From Takakia lepidozioides (lineage: Eukaryota > Plantae > Bryophyta): a stretch of 64,000 bases of DNA. Shown in pieces: positions 49,801-60,870 of this stretch (position 1 is the stretch's first letter; every line of letters starts with the position of its first letter). Made by a program: the position numbers and the translations under genes. Below the pieces are notes generated by a model, which had not been told where the DNA came from, searched no databases, and saw only the letters and a program-made list of their open reading frames with translations. Location of the stretch: contig CM060734.1 in NCBI GenBank assembly GCA_030704615.1, positions 59,706,001 to 59,770,000 on the forward strand, in the 5' to 3' direction.

Positions 49801-50000
49801 CAGACTTCAGGTGGTATCCCTTTTAGATCCTCATAGCTCCAAGCAAATACATCTCTGTATTTGATGAACAAGCTTTTAGCTTCTTCGAAGAATTCCGGCT
49901 CCAAATCAGCTCCTACTTTCACCATCCTTGGTTCCTCCGGAGTTCCCACATTTACTTCTCTCACCTGCTCATCAGCTGTGATTGTCCAACCAGTCACCAC
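46881..50000 (-). CDS. Pol: RT, RNase H, integrase (GPY/F), no chromodomain
   Basis: FLDD, HCDAS, YYASR, H…GGHF…CDEC, WGLDFVGP, SDQGSHF, GQAE, WKGPY. Confidence 0.93.
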   Translation of the reverse strand: MVTGWTITADEQVREVNVGTPEEPRMVKVGADLEPEFFEEAKSLFIKYRDVFAWSYEDLKGIPPEVCQHKIELEPGSVPIKQARYRMNPNYAQKVGEEIKKLAEAKFIYPIEYTTWLSPIVIVPKKNGKLRVCVNYKKLNACTKKDPFPLPFTEAVLDTVAGHEMYSFMDGFSGYNQVQVAEEDQGKTAFITDWGAYAYKVMPFGLCNAPATFQRVISESFQEYLDDFMQVFLDDFSVYSSKNEHLHKLELCLARCRMRGLGLNPEKCTFCVNSGVLLGHIVCKKGLLVDPRKTESIKVSPPPVNVKSLRRFLGQTSYYRRFVKRYAQIAAPLSKLLKKDAVFAWTAECQQAFEELTLSVTTTPVLINPHWHVVFHVHCDASGEALGAVLAQNVTGNIDSPVYYASRLMNSAERNYSTTEREALAMIYAVKKFRHYLLGRKFMFYVDHQALIYLVNKPLISGRIARWLIILHEFEFEVIYKPGRLHLVADHLSRLTTGEAATGVDDQLPDASLFVMEVQGSADEWLDWQWPIRYYLAHGQCPPSYGKEQRKRIAIRALPYTMVGSRMYKLGPDGVLKRCLYHHEVNKVLEEVHKGVAGGHFGEETTSRKILLAGYWWPTLFKDVHEYCQKCDECQRLGPLQRSGRMALHPTMPTEPFQKWGLDFVGPINPPSKNTRNRYIITATDYTTKWVEAKALRDNTAKSTARFLYENILTRFGCPLEFISDQGSHFMNETIELLTKEFMIVHRKSTTYYPQGNGQAEATNKILCTILAKIVNANRTDWDTKLLTALWSYRTSYKVTTKYTPFQLVYGMEALLPVEFLLPTMRTEWGKRMELQDSIKVRKHELYHVEEVRADAADNMTRIQMKRKEQFDKGKLKTFKTGDLVLWLQKKGKIQASKLKSPWKGPYVIQKMYDNNTAMLQTINKEMLGRVNANKLKGYSGIHDKPLQHDLHVEPQEQSRAAPVLRTEYGTLVARPSIYDRGGQNKRDTAYHSPSRRDTAYHSPSRRDTATTATAQQGVTQLTTARHDVTHSLSQPVTT

Positions 50001-52877
50001 TTCATCTGTAAGCTCACAGTGGCTGGTTCTTCTAGGATTTCTATTTCTCCTTCTCTTTCTTCATAGAAATGTGATGGGTAAATGCTGGTTTCTTCTTCCG
50101 TTGGTGTTGCTGTCACTACACCACAGCAGATACCTCTCAAACAACTTAGGCTTTCCAGCCGCATCTCTGCAACTTGCTCCCACTCTGGGTGTGCAGCAAA
50201 TAGGGTAGCTTCCTGCTCCTCATCCAGTCCTCCCCTCCAGTCATACTCTCTGACTCCTCGAGGTCTTCTTGTAGCAGGTAATCTACTAGATTTCTTTGTG
50301 GTAATTTGTATCTCGTGCATCCCATTATGCACAGTTAGTAACTGAGAATTCCAGTCATGGAATACCCTGGCCTGTTTCAGCCACGGACGTCCCAATAATA
50401 AGGAATAAGCCTCCATGACTTCATCCATTTTTAATACAGTTACTGTGATCAGAAGATCATTTTCTGTATCTGTATCTTAACTCCTCTTATTAATCCCAAT
50501 GGCTGTACACTTCTTTGATCTGCCATTGTTACTGTAAATGGGGCTGGTTTCATGTTACTTAGACCAAGCTTCTTCCTTAATTGGTCTGTCATGATATTTA
50601 CTCCAGAACCACCATCTATCAGTACATCAGTTAGTTCTGTGCTTCCAATTCTCAATTGGATTACTGGCATAGAATCATCAAAGTCCATGACTGGTTCTCG
50701 CCCTTCCGGCTTCACATTATAACTGGTCACCTTGCTGTTCAGGTCTGTGTTTCCTGTTTCTTGGGCAATTCGATTGATTGCCTGATACAGCCTGTGCCTA
50801 CAATAAGGTGCCACAGCTAATAGCTGTCCAATGGTAATTTCTGCTTTGGTCTGACATATTACTTCAGCCAAAGTCTCTTCATTACTTTGCATGTCTGCAT
50901 CTTCTTTTCTCCTTTCTTCCTCACTCTCCTCTTTTTCTCCATCCGAATCAGAGGAATCTGCCACAGGAATATCAGTACTCTTTTGCATTTCCCTATAGTA
51001 TCTGCCACTTCCTTGTGCAGTTCCTTCTCATCCTTCCAAGTCTCTTCCTCTTCAGGCATATCATTGCCACTTCCAGTCTCATCTTCTTCCTCTTCTACTG
51101 GAGGTATTAGTTAGTTTACTTCTTGTTACTATCATTGTACTTACTTCTGGTACAACACATGGCCTAACCATGTGAGCTGCCACCACTGGGCCCTCATTCA
51201 CAGGAGCTCTCATCTCATTCTGGTGTCTTATCCAGAATGAACAGGCTGCCTTGCGATGTCCTGGCTGATTACAATAGTAACATAGCTCTTCACCATTGGG
51301 TCCTCGCCCTTGGTCTGGTCTTGGATTATTTCTATAATCCTGATTCCCGGGCTGGTAATTCCCCCTCGGATTACCCTGATAGTTGCCTCTGGAATTTCCT
51401 TGGTAATTCCCTCTTGAATTACCTCTTCCTTCCATGCCATTGTTATAACCACCAGACCTACCATAGTGGTCCTGATCATTGCTTCTTCTTGGCTGGGGTT
51501 GCACCTGATGCACCCTCACTTGCCTAGGTTCTCTGGCAGCTGTCCTTCTGTTGTAGTAACAATTCTCAGTAGAATGGTTATCCATTTTACAGATAGTACA
51601 GTGTTTTCCTTCATGTGGCATTCTCTGTAGTGGTATGGCCTTCATTCTGGCACTTTGCACACCATACACCCTTCCTCCAATGTGTTGCAGCCTCTGTGGC
51701 ATACTTCTTCAAGATTTCTTCCAATCTTTTCTCATAGTTATCCCTCTTCAACTTTTCCTTTCTCTTACTCTTTCTTTTTAGTTCTTGCTCTTCTTCTTCA
51801 TCTGACTCATCTTCAGAGTCCTCATCTTCCTTTTTCTCTCTCCTGAGCATTCCCAATTGCTCAATTCTGTTCGCAGTTTCAAATGCCTCCTCCACTGTAT
51901 TATGGGGTAACATATCCACTTTCTTCTGCAACTCTGGTCTTAGTCCACTCACAAACAAGTCTTCTGTAAACCGGGTGTGGGGTACTGGCAGCCAGGTTGC
52001 AGCCAGCTTTTCATCTTTCCATCTTCTCCATATACTCTTCAACAGTTTCATGCTTCTTCTGCTTCAGCTGTTGTAAACTTCCATACACTTCATCCTCAGT
52101 TTTACTTGTCCTGAACCTATTTCGAAATGCTGTATTCAAGCCATTCCAGGTTAGGAAATGATTATCAGGGAATCTTGCATACCATTCACTTGCTTTCTTG
52201 ATAAGTGAACAAGGAAACAGTCTCATCTTGGCATCATCGCCATTCTCATTGTTCACTATACACATGTGCTCAAATTGGCTAATGTGTACATCGGGATCCC
52301 CTTTTCTGAATATATTGGAAAGGTGGTTTGCCCGTGTTGGTTGTAACGCCATCTGTGGCCCTCCCTCCCTACCTTCTGCCCACTGACAGGTTGGCACCCT
52401 TGCTGGTGCTGGTCCTTCTGGACCTGTTGTTTTGTGGTGGATCTTCCACCAAGTGGTGGCCCTTGTTGAGCACTCCCTGCTTCTGGCCCCACGATAATTC
52501 ACAGTATTCCCAGCTTCAGTTGCACTACTTCCCACACTCCCTGTCCCCCCAGAGCCAGATCAGGCAGGCAGCCCGCCTGATCCCCCTGAGCCGACACCTT
52601 CGTTGCCTGTGATCCAAGTGCTCACTTGATCCAGGTCTAACGGGTTGGGATGTCCTGTGTCCTGGTTGTAGTCTCAACCTCAGCTGTTGGGTCTACTTCT
52701 TCATATTCTTCCTCTTCCATTTCTTCTCTCTGGTTTTCATCATTCAAGTTCTGCCCTTTGGGTTTCTTCTTCACTCATGTAACTCAACTGTAATGGTGTT
52801 GGAGAGTCTGAACTCTCTCCGTGGGGCTCTCCACATCCTATCTCCTTCGTCATCTTCTGCTTCAGAAAATGGAGTTC
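49994..52877 (-). pseudogene. Gag-protease, frameshifted
   Basis: Fragments collinear with 37637-40800. Confidence 0.85.
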
Positions 52878-53377
52878 NNNNNNNNNNNNNNNNNNNNNNN
52901 NNNNNNNNNNNNNNNNNNNNNNNNNNNNNNNNNNNNNNNNNNNNNNNNNNNNNNNNNNNNNNNNNNNNNNNNNNNNNNNNNNNNNNNNNNNNNNNNNNNN
53001 NNNNNNNNNNNNNNNNNNNNNNNNNNNNNNNNNNNNNNNNNNNNNNNNNNNNNNNNNNNNNNNNNNNNNNNNNNNNNNNNNNNNNNNNNNNNNNNNNNNN
53101 NNNNNNNNNNNNNNNNNNNNNNNNNNNNNNNNNNNNNNNNNNNNNNNNNNNNNNNNNNNNNNNNNNNNNNNNNNNNNNNNNNNNNNNNNNNNNNNNNNNN
53201 NNNNNNNNNNNNNNNNNNNNNNNNNNNNNNNNNNNNNNNNNNNNNNNNNNNNNNNNNNNNNNNNNNNNNNNNNNNNNNNNNNNNNNNNNNNNNNNNNNNN
53301 NNNNNNNNNNNNNNNNNNNNNNNNNNNNNNNNNNNNNNNNNNNNNNNNNNNNNNNNNNNNNNNNNNNNNNNNNNNNN
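52878..53377. other. Assembly gap (500 N)
   Basis: Run of N. Confidence 1.
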
Positions 53378-56300
53378 AATTTGTTGGGACTTATGTCAAA
53401 AACCCATGTTCCATTACCAATTGACAGCCTATCCTGAAAGAAGAACTCAGGGAAGGAGTTTAAGGCTCGACTTGCCCTGAGTGGTCAAATCGGTCATGAG
53501 AGGTCACTCTCAGATGAGCAGGACTTGGCCAATACAGAAATGGCTTTGCATTGGCCAAGCAACAATTGATTGAAGCAGGCCTTGCGCAAGACCAGTTGCA
53601 CGAAGCACATAAGCAACAGCTATACCAAATGCAGGTGCAGCATGAAAGCAAGTTTACAAGAACTGAATGCACTACATACGGAGTTGCAGACAGTGCATAA
53701 CAGGATGGAGATACAAATGCGTACATTACAACTATGGCTTGACCAATCAACAAAAGAATAAACAGTCAAGCGGAAAAATGTACGAAGGCATAAGAAGAGA
53801 ATGTGGAGCCCATGAAGCTCATTGTCGATATAAAGAATACAATCTGTCGCATTAAGATACCTTTCAAGCAATACTTCAGATGGAAGCTGAGGAAGAGAAT
53901 ACAATCGTGGAGTTGCAACAAACCATCGTGGCCAATAGAAATGAAAATCGCGGTCAGTAACCGGCTTCGAAAGAAGCCAATAATTACTTGCTGCCTATGC
54001 GCAATTGGTTGAGCCACAGGCGAAGCGCATGACGGCTTTACAACAGCAGTTGGAATTTTTGTATAAGCAAGAGAGACAAACTCTCGGGGAACCACAAGCA
54101 GCTTGGTGGATAACAGCCTTATGCAGGTCTGGTTAGCACAAGGGCCAGTAGAGGGCAAAAGCCCACGGAAGCTCACCCAAAGCGAGATGAATGACTCAGA
54201 CTGCAGGGTGCGAACATGCCACAACTACTATAGACAATGTCTATAGTAGGATAGCAGAAAGTACAAGAGGATGTATAACGGACTCCAGACTCAAGTGAAG
54301 ACCTCACTTCAAAACATCGACCAAAGAGTCTATAATCCCGCAGGACGACTAATGGCTTTCTTATTTGCAAGCCAGAATTCTGGCTTTTCAGTCTTCCCAG
54401 GAGGTTGCAGGAGATGCCAATGTACAGGAACCAGTACCACCACCACCCACAACAGGTCAGTGTACCAGTAGCTGAACCTGTGGTTACGACAACAACCACC
54501 ACAGCCACCACAGCCGAGCACACAGCCGAGGTATGGGGCAATGCGCTTTTAACCCACCTAAAACTAACTCCAGCTGCCAGGGAGTACAGTAGGCTATGAT
54601 TATGCCCTTCAACCAAATTCCCATCATGTTGGATTGGCTGGAAAGAATTTAGTCCTCCGCAGTCATTCGCACATTACTACCAATCATGCGTATCTGGCTG
54701 CCAGTGGCAACCAGGACTAAAGTTCTTCCACACAATCGACATATTGAAGATCATCACTTGCACAATACTGGCACGAGCAGGTACCATGTTGAGGGAATTG
54801 TTGCTTTCCAGGTTTACATGGACTCATTTATACCAAGACCAGGAGATAGCAAGTATTGTCATGGGTTGTGCGGGCTATCTTACGCTGCTTGTTTCCTGAT
54901 ACGTTCCCACATAGAGCAACAAAAGATGCAAGCACGCTTTCAAAGTTACTCCAGTGGAGATCATTGGGTATTACCTTCGGTGCCCCTCATATGTTACCTA
55001 TATGACCCAAAAGTTATGATACAAAGGATTCTCAAATTCGTTCATGGTTTCAAGCAGCCTGCAACAATTTGTCAACACAGAAATTTGGACTTGATGACAT
55101 TTTCTATAAGGGACATATCGCATGGAAATACTTGCACGCGGCACCAGTAATTGGTACCACCACTCATCTTGACAGACAAGGAGCTCAGTGTCTATACCAA
55201 TTTTGCTGTTCAACGGTTACACAGGTTGTAAAATGCAAACTTCCAGACATGGTAGGACAGCAATTGTATGCCCAGATGATTCCACAAAAAGTTCAAAATT
55301 AAAACACCTGAGAGGCGATGAGGATTCTGATACAACTGTTTCTTCTTCACAAAATTCTTTTGACATGGGAGAAGACTATGCAATTCAGATGGAAGAGAAG
55401 AAACAAAGGGGATCTCCTATGCCGGAAAGATTACCTCGATATCAGCCTCCAGAAGGCCTCACTTATCCAGGTAGTGATCAACCATCTCCATCAACCAGAG
55501 ACAGACCTCGGGCTCGTACACACACCCACCACGCCCACCAATGAACTCTCAACGTCAACAAGTGCTCACTCACAAAGGCTTGCTACTCGGAAACAGTAAA
55601 CCGTGAGGACACGGCTTTTGAGGGGGGAAGGGTAATGTTAGAGGACTGTAGGGGACTTAGACACTTATACGGGATCTGTAGGGTACCCTTAATTTTTGCA
55701 CAGACTGAGACAAACAGGACCCTTAGGGGTGACAGCAGCGCACTGTAGAGGGGGGTTACATAGCCCACACAGCCGACACAGCAGTCCAGCCCCCACAGCC
55801 AACACACACCCGTCACAGTCGTCACAGACCCACAACAGCCAACACAAACAGCCCTTCACAGTCCCTTCAACACAACCAGCCCACACAGCCGACACAAGCC
55901 GTCACAGCCCACACAGCCACACAGCCGTCACAGTCGTCACAACAGCCCACACAGCCGTCACAGTCGTCACACCACAGCCCACACACCCCACACAGTCCGT
56001 CACATCGTCACACAGCAGACACAGCCCACCCAGCCAGTCACAGCCCGCACCCCACACAGCCAGTCACAGCCCGACACACACAGCCAAACACAGCCAGTCA
56101 CCGCTTGACACAGCTGTCATGAATCAATAATAGGGAACGAAGAGTAGGACAGGGAACGACTGTGGGGAACAACACCAGTGAAGGGAACATGTTAGTTCAC
56201 ATACGACGGTTAGAGAGGGAAACGGTTAGAACCGCGGATAGGAGGATAAGGAAAGAACGGGGAATAGGAAGGGATCATTATTCGGGAGGACTTCGGAGAC

Positions 56301-56737
56301 AGGCGGGAGCGGAGATCGGAGAGCACATGAAGGAGAAAAGAGGATTAGTAGATGCTTGTCATATGCAAAGCTAGAGTGATATTGTAGAGCAGATTAGAGA
56401 CATAATGGATTCGCCCTGATACCTGATAAATCATAATCTGATACTTATACGATACAATCACACTGTGTAGAGAGATCTGAGTGAAGCTGTGGATTGAAAT
56501 GGAGGAGTTAAGGAAACCGATAAATTGATGAAGCAAACTGATACTTAATTATCAATGGTGAGGTAGCTAAGATGAATGCGGAAAAGGAAACAAATAGGAA
56601 ACACCCCCATGATACACTAGCTGTAGGTCATGACTGATTGTTCTGCGCGGGCTGAGTACTTAGAGATTTCCAACTCTTCTATCTTGGAGTTTCCGCCTCG
56701 GATAGCGAAGGGATGGGTGAGTAAAAGCCGTGCGACA
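53378..56737 (+). mobile_element. 3' end of a third family-2 Gypsy copy (extra ORF, PPT, LTR 55636-56737)
   Basis: Reverse-complement homolog of ~41438-44730 with many indels. Confidence 0.85.
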
Positions 56738-57580
56738 GCATTGCTCCAATCCCCAACATACTCCAATCCGTATGTAGCTGGAAAGGCCGCCCCGAATAGG
56801 TCGCCTCAGAATAGGTGCAAAAGTCAATCGAGCCTTGAGTTCCTCAAAGGCTTCCTCCTGCTCCTCCTCCCACTGCCACTCCTGACCCACCTTGGTCAAC
56901 TTGGTAAGAGCCTTTGCAATGCTGCTAAATCCCTTGACAAACCGTCGATAGTAGTTTGCCAATCCCATGAAAGCACGAACTGTGCTCATATCCATGGGGC
57001 GTGGAATGCATGCAATGGCCTCCACCTTTGTCTGTTGAACACCCAATCCTCTAGGGTATATCATGTGGCCCAGATACTCAATCTGATTGTGGAAGAACTT
57101 ACACTTTCCGGGGTGCAGTTTCAACCCGTGCGCTCTCAAGCGCTCAAACACCACCTGAAGGTGTCTCTCATGCTCCTCAACCGTAGCACTAAAGACAATG
57201 ATGTCATTAATATAGCACCGGGCGAAGTCTAGCCCCGCAAGAATCCTATCCATGACCCTCTGAAACTCTGCAGGAGCATTCTTCAACCCAAACGGTAAGA
57301 ACCGCCATTGGTACAAACAATCCTTCCCATATTGGTCAATCCCCTAGAATGCCGTCTTTTGCTTGTCAGCCTCTTTGATTGGCAACTGGTGGTAACCAGA
57401 TCGCAATTCCAATGTGCTAAACACATTTGCATGCCCAATGACATCAAAGATCTCCTCTGGAGTTGGCATGGCATATCTATCGGACTTAGTCTGACGGTTC
57501 ATAGGACGATAGTCCCCACACATCCTTCTTTCTGTCCAATTGCCATAGATATCCTTCTTAGCTGGCATCACCGTTGCTGA
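56738..57580 (-). pseudogene. RT fragment of the DNMT/PHD-Gypsy family
   Basis: SATVMPAKKDIYGNWTERRMCGDYRP and YQWRFLPFGLKNAPAEFQRVMDRILAG are nearly identical to the protein encoded at 11080-11920. Confidence 0.9.
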
Positions 57581-58199
57581 GGCAGATCCCAAGGAGTTCC
57601 CAAGCGTTCCCACGCGTTCCCAAGCTAGGGTTTGCGCCGCTTTGCCTCTGCGATTGCTGCAACGAGCTATGGCTTCTATGGAGCAACCAGAGGTGTTGTT
57701 CTTGGTTTCTTGAGCATCAATAGACCACCAAGAGCGCTTCTATCTCCCTGAGCAAGCTATTTGCCACACAACAAGCTCTCTTTTTCTATAGAACTTATTG
57801 AAACAAGCATAGAACAAGCTTTTGAGCTTTCTATGGCATACCCTCTTCTAGCCATCGCATGCACTCATAGTGCTTCCTCCCATGGCCATAGTGCATCTCT
57901 TAAAGCTCCTAATCCAGCCCTGCACTTGCCACTTCCATAGACATGCTCTTCCCAAGCTTGGGATTGAAACCCCAACTCAAAACATGCTCTACAAATACAC
58001 TATTTTGCCCCAAAGAGAAATCAGATGTCTACCTCCACTCATAGCTCTCCTAAGCTTGAAGTTGAAGACTCCCACAAGCTGAAACCATGCTCCCCACGTC
58101 CCAAGTGAGGTTCGCCACCTCACTTGGCACATGGAACCAAATAAAGTCCCAATGCCAACAAAATACAAATATAAATGTATAATGTCCTAATTAGTTAGA

Positions 58200-59150
58200 A
58201 ATAACTACACAGGCAGGGATAGCTGAGGGACCAGTGATAGAGGTCCAGATTCATGTTCAGGTTCAGGCTGAGGGATCAATAGCTACAAGAAATCAGCTGG
58301 AGTAGATGGTCAATTGTTGCAAGTGGAAACAATAGCGGCAGCACAATTGATAGAATGAGGTGCTGCTAATGAAGGGTGTAAGAACAAATCTAGGTTGTCA
58401 TCATCATCAGCTACCAACAAGACAATGATATATGCATGATTTGTGCAGAGGCATGGATAGTTGAAGGAGCAGGGATAGAGTGTGGGTGCAGATTCACCCA
58501 AGAGGGCCAGGCTTCAAGCTCCAGATTGACTCTATAGCTACAACAAACCTGCATGGGTAGATGGTCAACTGGCAGCAGCGGCACAATTTATAAAATCAGA
58601 CACTGCTAATGAAGGCATCTTCTTCAACACATTTCACCTTGTTTTTCTCTCTTATCAGAATCGGCCCTAAATTTCCATGTTGAATTCTGTAAGTTAGCTG
58701 GTTGAGTGAATCTAGTTTGGAGTGACTTTGACATGATAATGCCAATGTGACAACAGGAAAGTATCAAAAAACAAGTACCAGAGATGACGAGAAGCTGTGG
58801 AATGAATACTTTTCTGCCCCAGTCAATGATAGGACAACCGAGGCAAAAAGGTGAATGCCTGTTACATTTCATAGATTAGCAGACGCATTCAGCATAGGAA
58901 CTAGTGTCAGAAGCTGAATTGGACGTTTCCTAGAATAAATCTAGGCTGTCATTGTTAGCTACTAGCAACAAAGCAAGGATGAATGCATGATTTGTGCAGA
59001 GGCATGTGTAGCTGAAGGAGTAAAGAGAGTGTGGGTCCAGATTCATCCAAGAGGGCCAAATTTCAAGCACAAAATTACCTATGATTCCCTATGGATCAAT
59101 AACTACAAGAAACCTGCATTGGTAGATGGTCTATTCCGTGGGACTCAATC
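58200..59150 (+). pseudogene. OSB-type PDF-motif fragments, inverted duplicate of ~28250-29000
   Basis: HPRGPNFKHKITYDSLWINNYKKPALVDG; 58621-58750 matches the reverse complement of ~28245-28380. Confidence 0.7.
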
Positions 59151-60788
59151 TGTCACTGAGTCTTGCATTATGAGGATCACAATTGCTTGGCAGCTTACCT
59201 GCACGCGGCCTTGACCCTTAGGCAATCCCCAGAGTAGTAGTAGCTTTGGGCTGCTTTTTTACTTTGGTTTTTTCATTTTGTATCATAAGCTCTTTGAGCT
59301 TTCCGCAGATGTAATAAAGTACCATTTGTTTCATTTCATTTCATTTTCATTTCGTTTTGTTTCATGGCATGTCTTTCATTGTTTTCGCATTTCTAATGAC
59401 ATGATTAGTTCTCTTGTATGGCATTACATGCGTATATACTAGTCGGCTCATTACAAACACCAAAACTTCAAAGCACTGAGTAATTGTTCAAGTAATTTCG
59501 AGCACTTCATTTAAAGTAGTAAAACAGTGGTTGCGCCGACTTCGGCAGTCGCAATTGCCACTGGGCATGTAGCACTGCAAGTTATGTGGTCAACTACCAC
59601 GTGGTGCTCCGGGCCCGTGGCCACGTGGTAGCAGTGCTGCTCGTCGTGGCGCCGCCACGTCGGCGTCCACATCGTCGTCCACGTCCGCGTCCATGTGTCA
59701 CCACGCTCCGGTGAGTTAATCCACTCATCCGGAGGGAAAAGTCAAAGTCAGCCCAAAAGGTCAGACACACGGGCGGCCTACATGGTTACGCCACGTGGTT
59801 CTTCAGCAACAATCGCTGGGTAGTTGTTCGCGCGTCTGCGTTCTTTACCACTCCAATCATTGGATGTCCGACCCAACTTCCACGTCTGTTGTAACTAGTC
59901 GTTTGTAACTTCTAGTCGATCCCGGTTTTTTTACTTTTACGACTCGAAATGAGTCGTTACCCTAGTGGTAAATGACACGAATGCTTCTAGTGATAATCAC
60001 CTAATTTGAATGGCATCCCTGAACGCACCAATGGGTTCAAAAGAAGAGACCATAGATTTTTTCTTGCAGAGAGCCAACAAAAAGGCAAATGTAACAAGTT
60101 CAATGTCACACAAATCAGCAACCCAACTCCTTTACTGAAACCAAAATGAGCAAACCTGCTTCTGACTTCAGTGAGAGAAAACAGGGGCAAACAAAGCAAA
60201 ATTCACACATTTGCACAAGGCATACGCTCCTGCACACCCACTCCATATGCAAGGTCCTGTCCTCTCGCTTGGATCATACAAGAGGCCTCGCGTCATGCCG
60301 AGCTGGAGCTGAAAACGACATCCCTCTTGGCAATTCGCATCAGGACGGAGTCCCTTGGATGTGGTGGCATTTCATTTCCTTACCTGAAGTTCATCAATAT
60401 TTAAGTGGCCACTTCGAACCAGACAATCAAAGACAGGAGGTGAAAACTGAAAGCACTTGATCGATATATCTGCACATCCATATGAGATTCCTGTTTGTGA
60501 GTGCTTGTATCCAGTTTATCCTCGAAAACATCAACACAAGCATCCAAAAACTGAGTCATCCCACCTACAGCCAAACAAGACGACCACAGTATAGCTGAGC
60601 GAGCAGAGATTGAAAGACGACCTGCTGAGACCAAGCTGACTCTCCAAAGAACCTTGTAAATAGCAAGAAGAATACCAAATCATGGTACTAACAGTCGTCA
60701 AGAGCCCACATTTGCAGGATGGACAAACTTCTTCACATCGTACATTGAGAAAAAACCACACCTTGCGACTGCGGTTGTCCATCGTGAA

Positions 60789-60870
60789 GGTGGCTAGCCG
60801 CTTCCCATAGTAGTCGATGGCCACATCGTGCACCACATCTTCATGCCCCGATTCTAGGGTTTGAGTCCCT
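60789..60870 (-). pseudogene. SEC13: SEC13-like WD40 N-terminal fragment
   Basis: QTLESGHEDVVHDVAIDYYGKRLAT. Confidence 0.7.

Larger units (their letters stand above)
41438..52877 (-). mobile_element. Family-2 Gypsy, near full length; 5' end falls in the gap
   Basis: 3' LTR 41438-42484, PPT 42485-42501, extra ORF, pol and gag fragments. Confidence 0.9.
30386..59992. mobile_element. Second, inner CACTA TIR pair
   Basis: CACTAGAAGTATTCGTGTC at 30386 and the reverse complement of CACTAGAAGCATTCGTGTC ending at 59992. Flanks ATT vs ATA give only an imperfect TSD. Confidence 0.55.

Noticed and set aside
52793-53480. ORFs spanning the N run
   Set aside because: Artefacts of the assembly gap.
51000-55600. 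Dense frameshifts taken as biological decay or recoding
   Set aside because: They cluster at contig ends next to the gap, which is more consistent with a low-coverage consensus.
35991-56737. One family-2 element running from LTR 35991 to LTR 56737
   Set aside because: The flanks differ (AGCTC vs GCATT), they lie in different target elements, and the last LTR resembles 41438-42484 more than 35991-37027.
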